Origin: Vicinamibacteria bacterium
GTDB lineage: Bacteria > Acidobacteriota > Vicinamibacteria > Marinacidobacterales > Marinacidobacteraceae
Length of the DNA: 64,000 nt
Direction: 5' to 3'
NCBI GenBank assembly: GCA_963555995.3
Contig: OY821641.1
Location: forward strand, 2,080,001 to 2,144,000
Part shown: one piece after another, positions 61,810-64,000 of the stretch
How positions within the stretch are numbered: the stretch's first letter is position 1
Layout of the letters: each line of letters starts with the position of its first letter
Translations under genes and position numbers: made by a program
The notes under the pieces: generated by a model
Seen by the model: only the letters and a program-made list of their open reading frames with translations
What the model was told of the DNA's origin: nothing
Databases searched by the model: none

Positions 61810-62637
61810 ATGGACCGGCGGCCCACCTCCCGCCCACCGCCGCCCGATGTCCGCCGCCGGGTCCGCTGGTGGAACGCGGGGTGGTTCGACGTCCTCCAGT
61901 TCACCGTGTTCGTCGCCGCCCTGCTCGGACTGGCGGTTTCGGGCGCCGTGGGCATGGGCTACAACTGGCAGTGGTACCGGGTTCCCGAGTACCTCGTGCG
62001 GGTCGTCGAAGGAGAAGTCCTGTGGGGGCCGCTGGCGCGCGGCCTCGTCGTCACGCTGGAACTGACCGGCTGGAGCGTCCTCATCACCCTCGCGATCGGA
62101 CTCGCCGCCGCGCTGCTGCGGCTTTCGGACTCCTTCTCGGGACGCGTCGTCGCGAAGGTCTATGTGGAGGCTGTGCGCAGCACCCCGCTGCTGATCCAGG
62201 TCTACCTCTTCTACTTCGTGCTGGGCCCGATCCTGGGTCTCGACCGGTTCTGGGTCGGGGTCCTGGCGCTGTCGCTCTTCGAGGGCGCCTTTGCCGGCGA
62301 GGTCATCCGGGCGGGCATCCTGTCGGTGCGCCGCGGGCAGTGGGAGGCGGGCGCGAGCCTCGGCCTGAGCCGGAGGCAGCTCTACCGCTCGGTCGTCCTG
62401 CCGCAGGCGGTGCCCCTGATGCTTCCGCCGCTCACCGGGATCGTGATCTCGCTCATCCGGAACTCGGCGATCGTGAGCGTGATCGCCGTGTTCGACCTCA
62501 CCACCGAGGCGCGGAACATCATCGCGGAGACGTTCCTGAGCTTCGAGATCTGGATCACCGTCGCCGCCATCTACCTGGCGCTCACGGTCGCCCTCTCGGT
62601 GGTCGCGAACCGCTTTGAACACCACGTACGCGCATGA
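61810..62637 (+). CDS. polar amino-acid ABC transporter permease
   Basis: YVEAVRSTPLLIQ and EVIRAGILSVRRGQWEAG.SLG EAA motif. Confidence 0.93.
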   Translation: MDRRPTSRPPPPDVRRRVRWWNAGWFDVLQFTVFVAALLGLAVSGAVGMGYNWQWYRVPEYLVRVVEGEVLWGPLARGLVVTLELTGWSVLITLAIGLAAALLRLSDSFSGRVVAKVYVEAVRSTPLLIQVYLFYFVLGPILGLDRFWVGVLALSLFEGAFAGEVIRAGILSVRRGQWEAGASLGLSRRQLYRSVVLPQAVPLMLPPLTGIVISLIRNSAIVSVIAVFDLTTEARNIIAETFLSFEIWITVAAIYLALTVALSVVANRFEHHVRA

Positions 62638-62677
62638 TTCCCCCGGTTCCCTTCCGTACCGAAACGAGGAGAAGAGC

Positions 62678-63532
62678 ATGAGGTTCACTGACCCGCGGCC
62701 CGGCAAGGCGCTGGCCACGTTCGTGGCGCTCGGAGTGGCCGCCGGATTCCAGTTGCGATGCGCACCACCGCCGGCCGCGACCGAGAGCGTGGTCGAGACG
62801 ATCCAGCGGCGCGGCGCCCTGAAGGTCGGCGTCTCGACGTTCGAACCGTGGGCGATGCGCGACCGGAACGGCGAGCTCGTCGGCTTCGAGGTGGACGTCG
62901 CGACGAAGCTCGCCGCGGACATGGGGGTGGGCATCGAGTTCGTGCCGACCTCGTGGGACGGGATCATCCCTGCCCTCCTCGCCGGGAAGTTCGACGTGAT
63001 CATCGGCGGCATGAGCATCCGTCCGCAGCGGAACCTCACCATCAACTTCACGATTCCCTACGCCCACTCCGGCATGGGGATCGCCGCGAACCGGGAACTG
63101 GCGGCGGACCTGGCGTGGCCGGAGGGCTACGACCGCGAGACGGTGACCTTCACCTGCCGGCGCGGAGCGACCTCGTGCAACGACGTGGACCGGCTGTTCC
63201 CGACGGCGACGGTTCGGCGGTTCGACGACGACCTCCAGGCGCTCCAGGAGGTACTGAACGGCAACGCCCACGCCGTCCTCTCCTCATACCCCAAGCCGGT
63301 GGAGTGGGCGGGACGCGACCCGGAACTCCTCTTTCTGCCGACGACCGACAACCTGTCGCAGGGGGACGAAGCGTTCGGGCTCCGCAAGGGCGACCCCGAT
63401 GCCCTGAACTTCTTTTCCAACTGGATCCGGGTGAACACGACGAACGGCTGGCTCGTGGAGCGCTACGACTACTGGTTCAAGACCACCAACTGGATCGACC
63501 GGGTGCGTCCCGGAAGTACGCCGTCGCAGTGA
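62678..63532 (+). CDS. polar amino-acid ABC transporter substrate-binding protein (family 3)
   Basis: GFEVDVA and WDGIIPALLAGKFDVIIGGMSI..R..INFT.PY motifs. Confidence 0.93.
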   Translation: MRFTDPRPGKALATFVALGVAAGFQLRCAPPPAATESVVETIQRRGALKVGVSTFEPWAMRDRNGELVGFEVDVATKLAADMGVGIEFVPTSWDGIIPALLAGKFDVIIGGMSIRPQRNLTINFTIPYAHSGMGIAANRELAADLAWPEGYDRETVTFTCRRGATSCNDVDRLFPTATVRRFDDDLQALQEVLNGNAHAVLSSYPKPVEWAGRDPELLFLPTTDNLSQGDEAFGLRKGDPDALNFFSNWIRVNTTNGWLVERYDYWFKTTNWIDRVRPGSTPSQ

Positions 63533-64000
63533 CACCCGGCAGCAGGAGGGCGCGCCTCGGCTGGGTGGATGCCGTGGTTCTCGCCGCGGCCGGCGCGGCG
63601 ATCCTCTACCTGGCCTACCGGGTTGATTCGGTTCTCGAGTACCGCTGGGACTGGAGCGCCATCCCGAATTTCCTCTACCGCTGGGACGAGGAGACCGGGC
63701 GATGGGTCCCGAACCTGCTGATGCAGGGTTTCTTCACGACGATCCGCCTGGCGGTCCTGAGCATGATCCCGGCGGCGCTGTTCGGCGCCGTCTTCGGCGT
63801 CCTGCGGACCGCGGGGCGCCTGTTCCCGCGACTGCTGAGCCGGACCTACGTCGAGCTGATCCGGAACATCCCGCCGCTCGTCTTCATCTTCATCTTCTAC
63901 TTCTTCATCAGCAGCCAGATCATGCCGGTCCTGGGCGTGGAGGACTTCGTGCGGCGCGCTTCGCCCGCCACCCTCCGGTCCCTCGAACTGGTGTTCGGGC
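63529..64000 (+). CDS. second amino-acid ABC permease (partial, runs off the window)
   Basis: GTGA overlap; YRWDW, GFFTTIRL and YVELIRNIPPLV motifs. Confidence 0.9.
   Translation, partial: MTPGSRRARLGWVDAVVLAAAGAAILYLAYRVDSVLEYRWDWSAIPNFLYRWDEETGRWVPNLLMQGFFTTIRLAVLSMIPAALFGAVFGVLRTAGRLFPRLLSRTYVELIRNIPPLVFIFIFYFFISSQIMPVLGVEDFVRRASPATLRSLELVFG

Overview
A very GC-rich bacterial chromosomal window of mostly housekeeping genes. Gene content and protein styles suggest Acidobacteriota; this is an inference, not a database result. In order it holds tpx, a CarD-like gene, xseA-xseB-ispA-nadK, the icd-mdh-sucCD-ndk-dcd-dut run, aspC-coaD-rsmD, recG, miaA, a SpoIID protein, the tonB-fabZ-skp-bamA-clpC-lolDC-lysS-nusB-ribH cluster, crotonase/thiolase, nupC-punA-hpt purine salvage, uvrB, ispH with a ferredoxin, a fused 2-oxoacid dehydrogenase E1, an acyl-CoA dehydrogenase, an aromatic amino-acid decarboxylase with a pterin dehydratase, and a polar amino-acid ABC transporter. 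I recognised no rRNA, tRNA, CRISPR array or transposase. Intergenic DNA is colonised by a REP/REPIN-like palindrome family with core GCCGG(T)CT-NN-AG(A)CCGGC. The most unusual signals are: (1) two CTAG-bounded palindromic mini-elements with unrelated ends but a shared, covarying structured core; (2) a divergent NCS2 permease fused to a degenerate RsbW/HATPase-like domain, a candidate transceptor; (3) an AbiEii-type nucleotidyltransferase coupled to an unknown downstream ORF; (4) a tandem double-domain XseB; (5) a 25-bp bidirectional leaderless promoter linking ispH and a ferredoxin; (6) a frameshifted YafQ toxin; and (7) a probable CTG start for dcd. All product calls come from motif recognition by eye.
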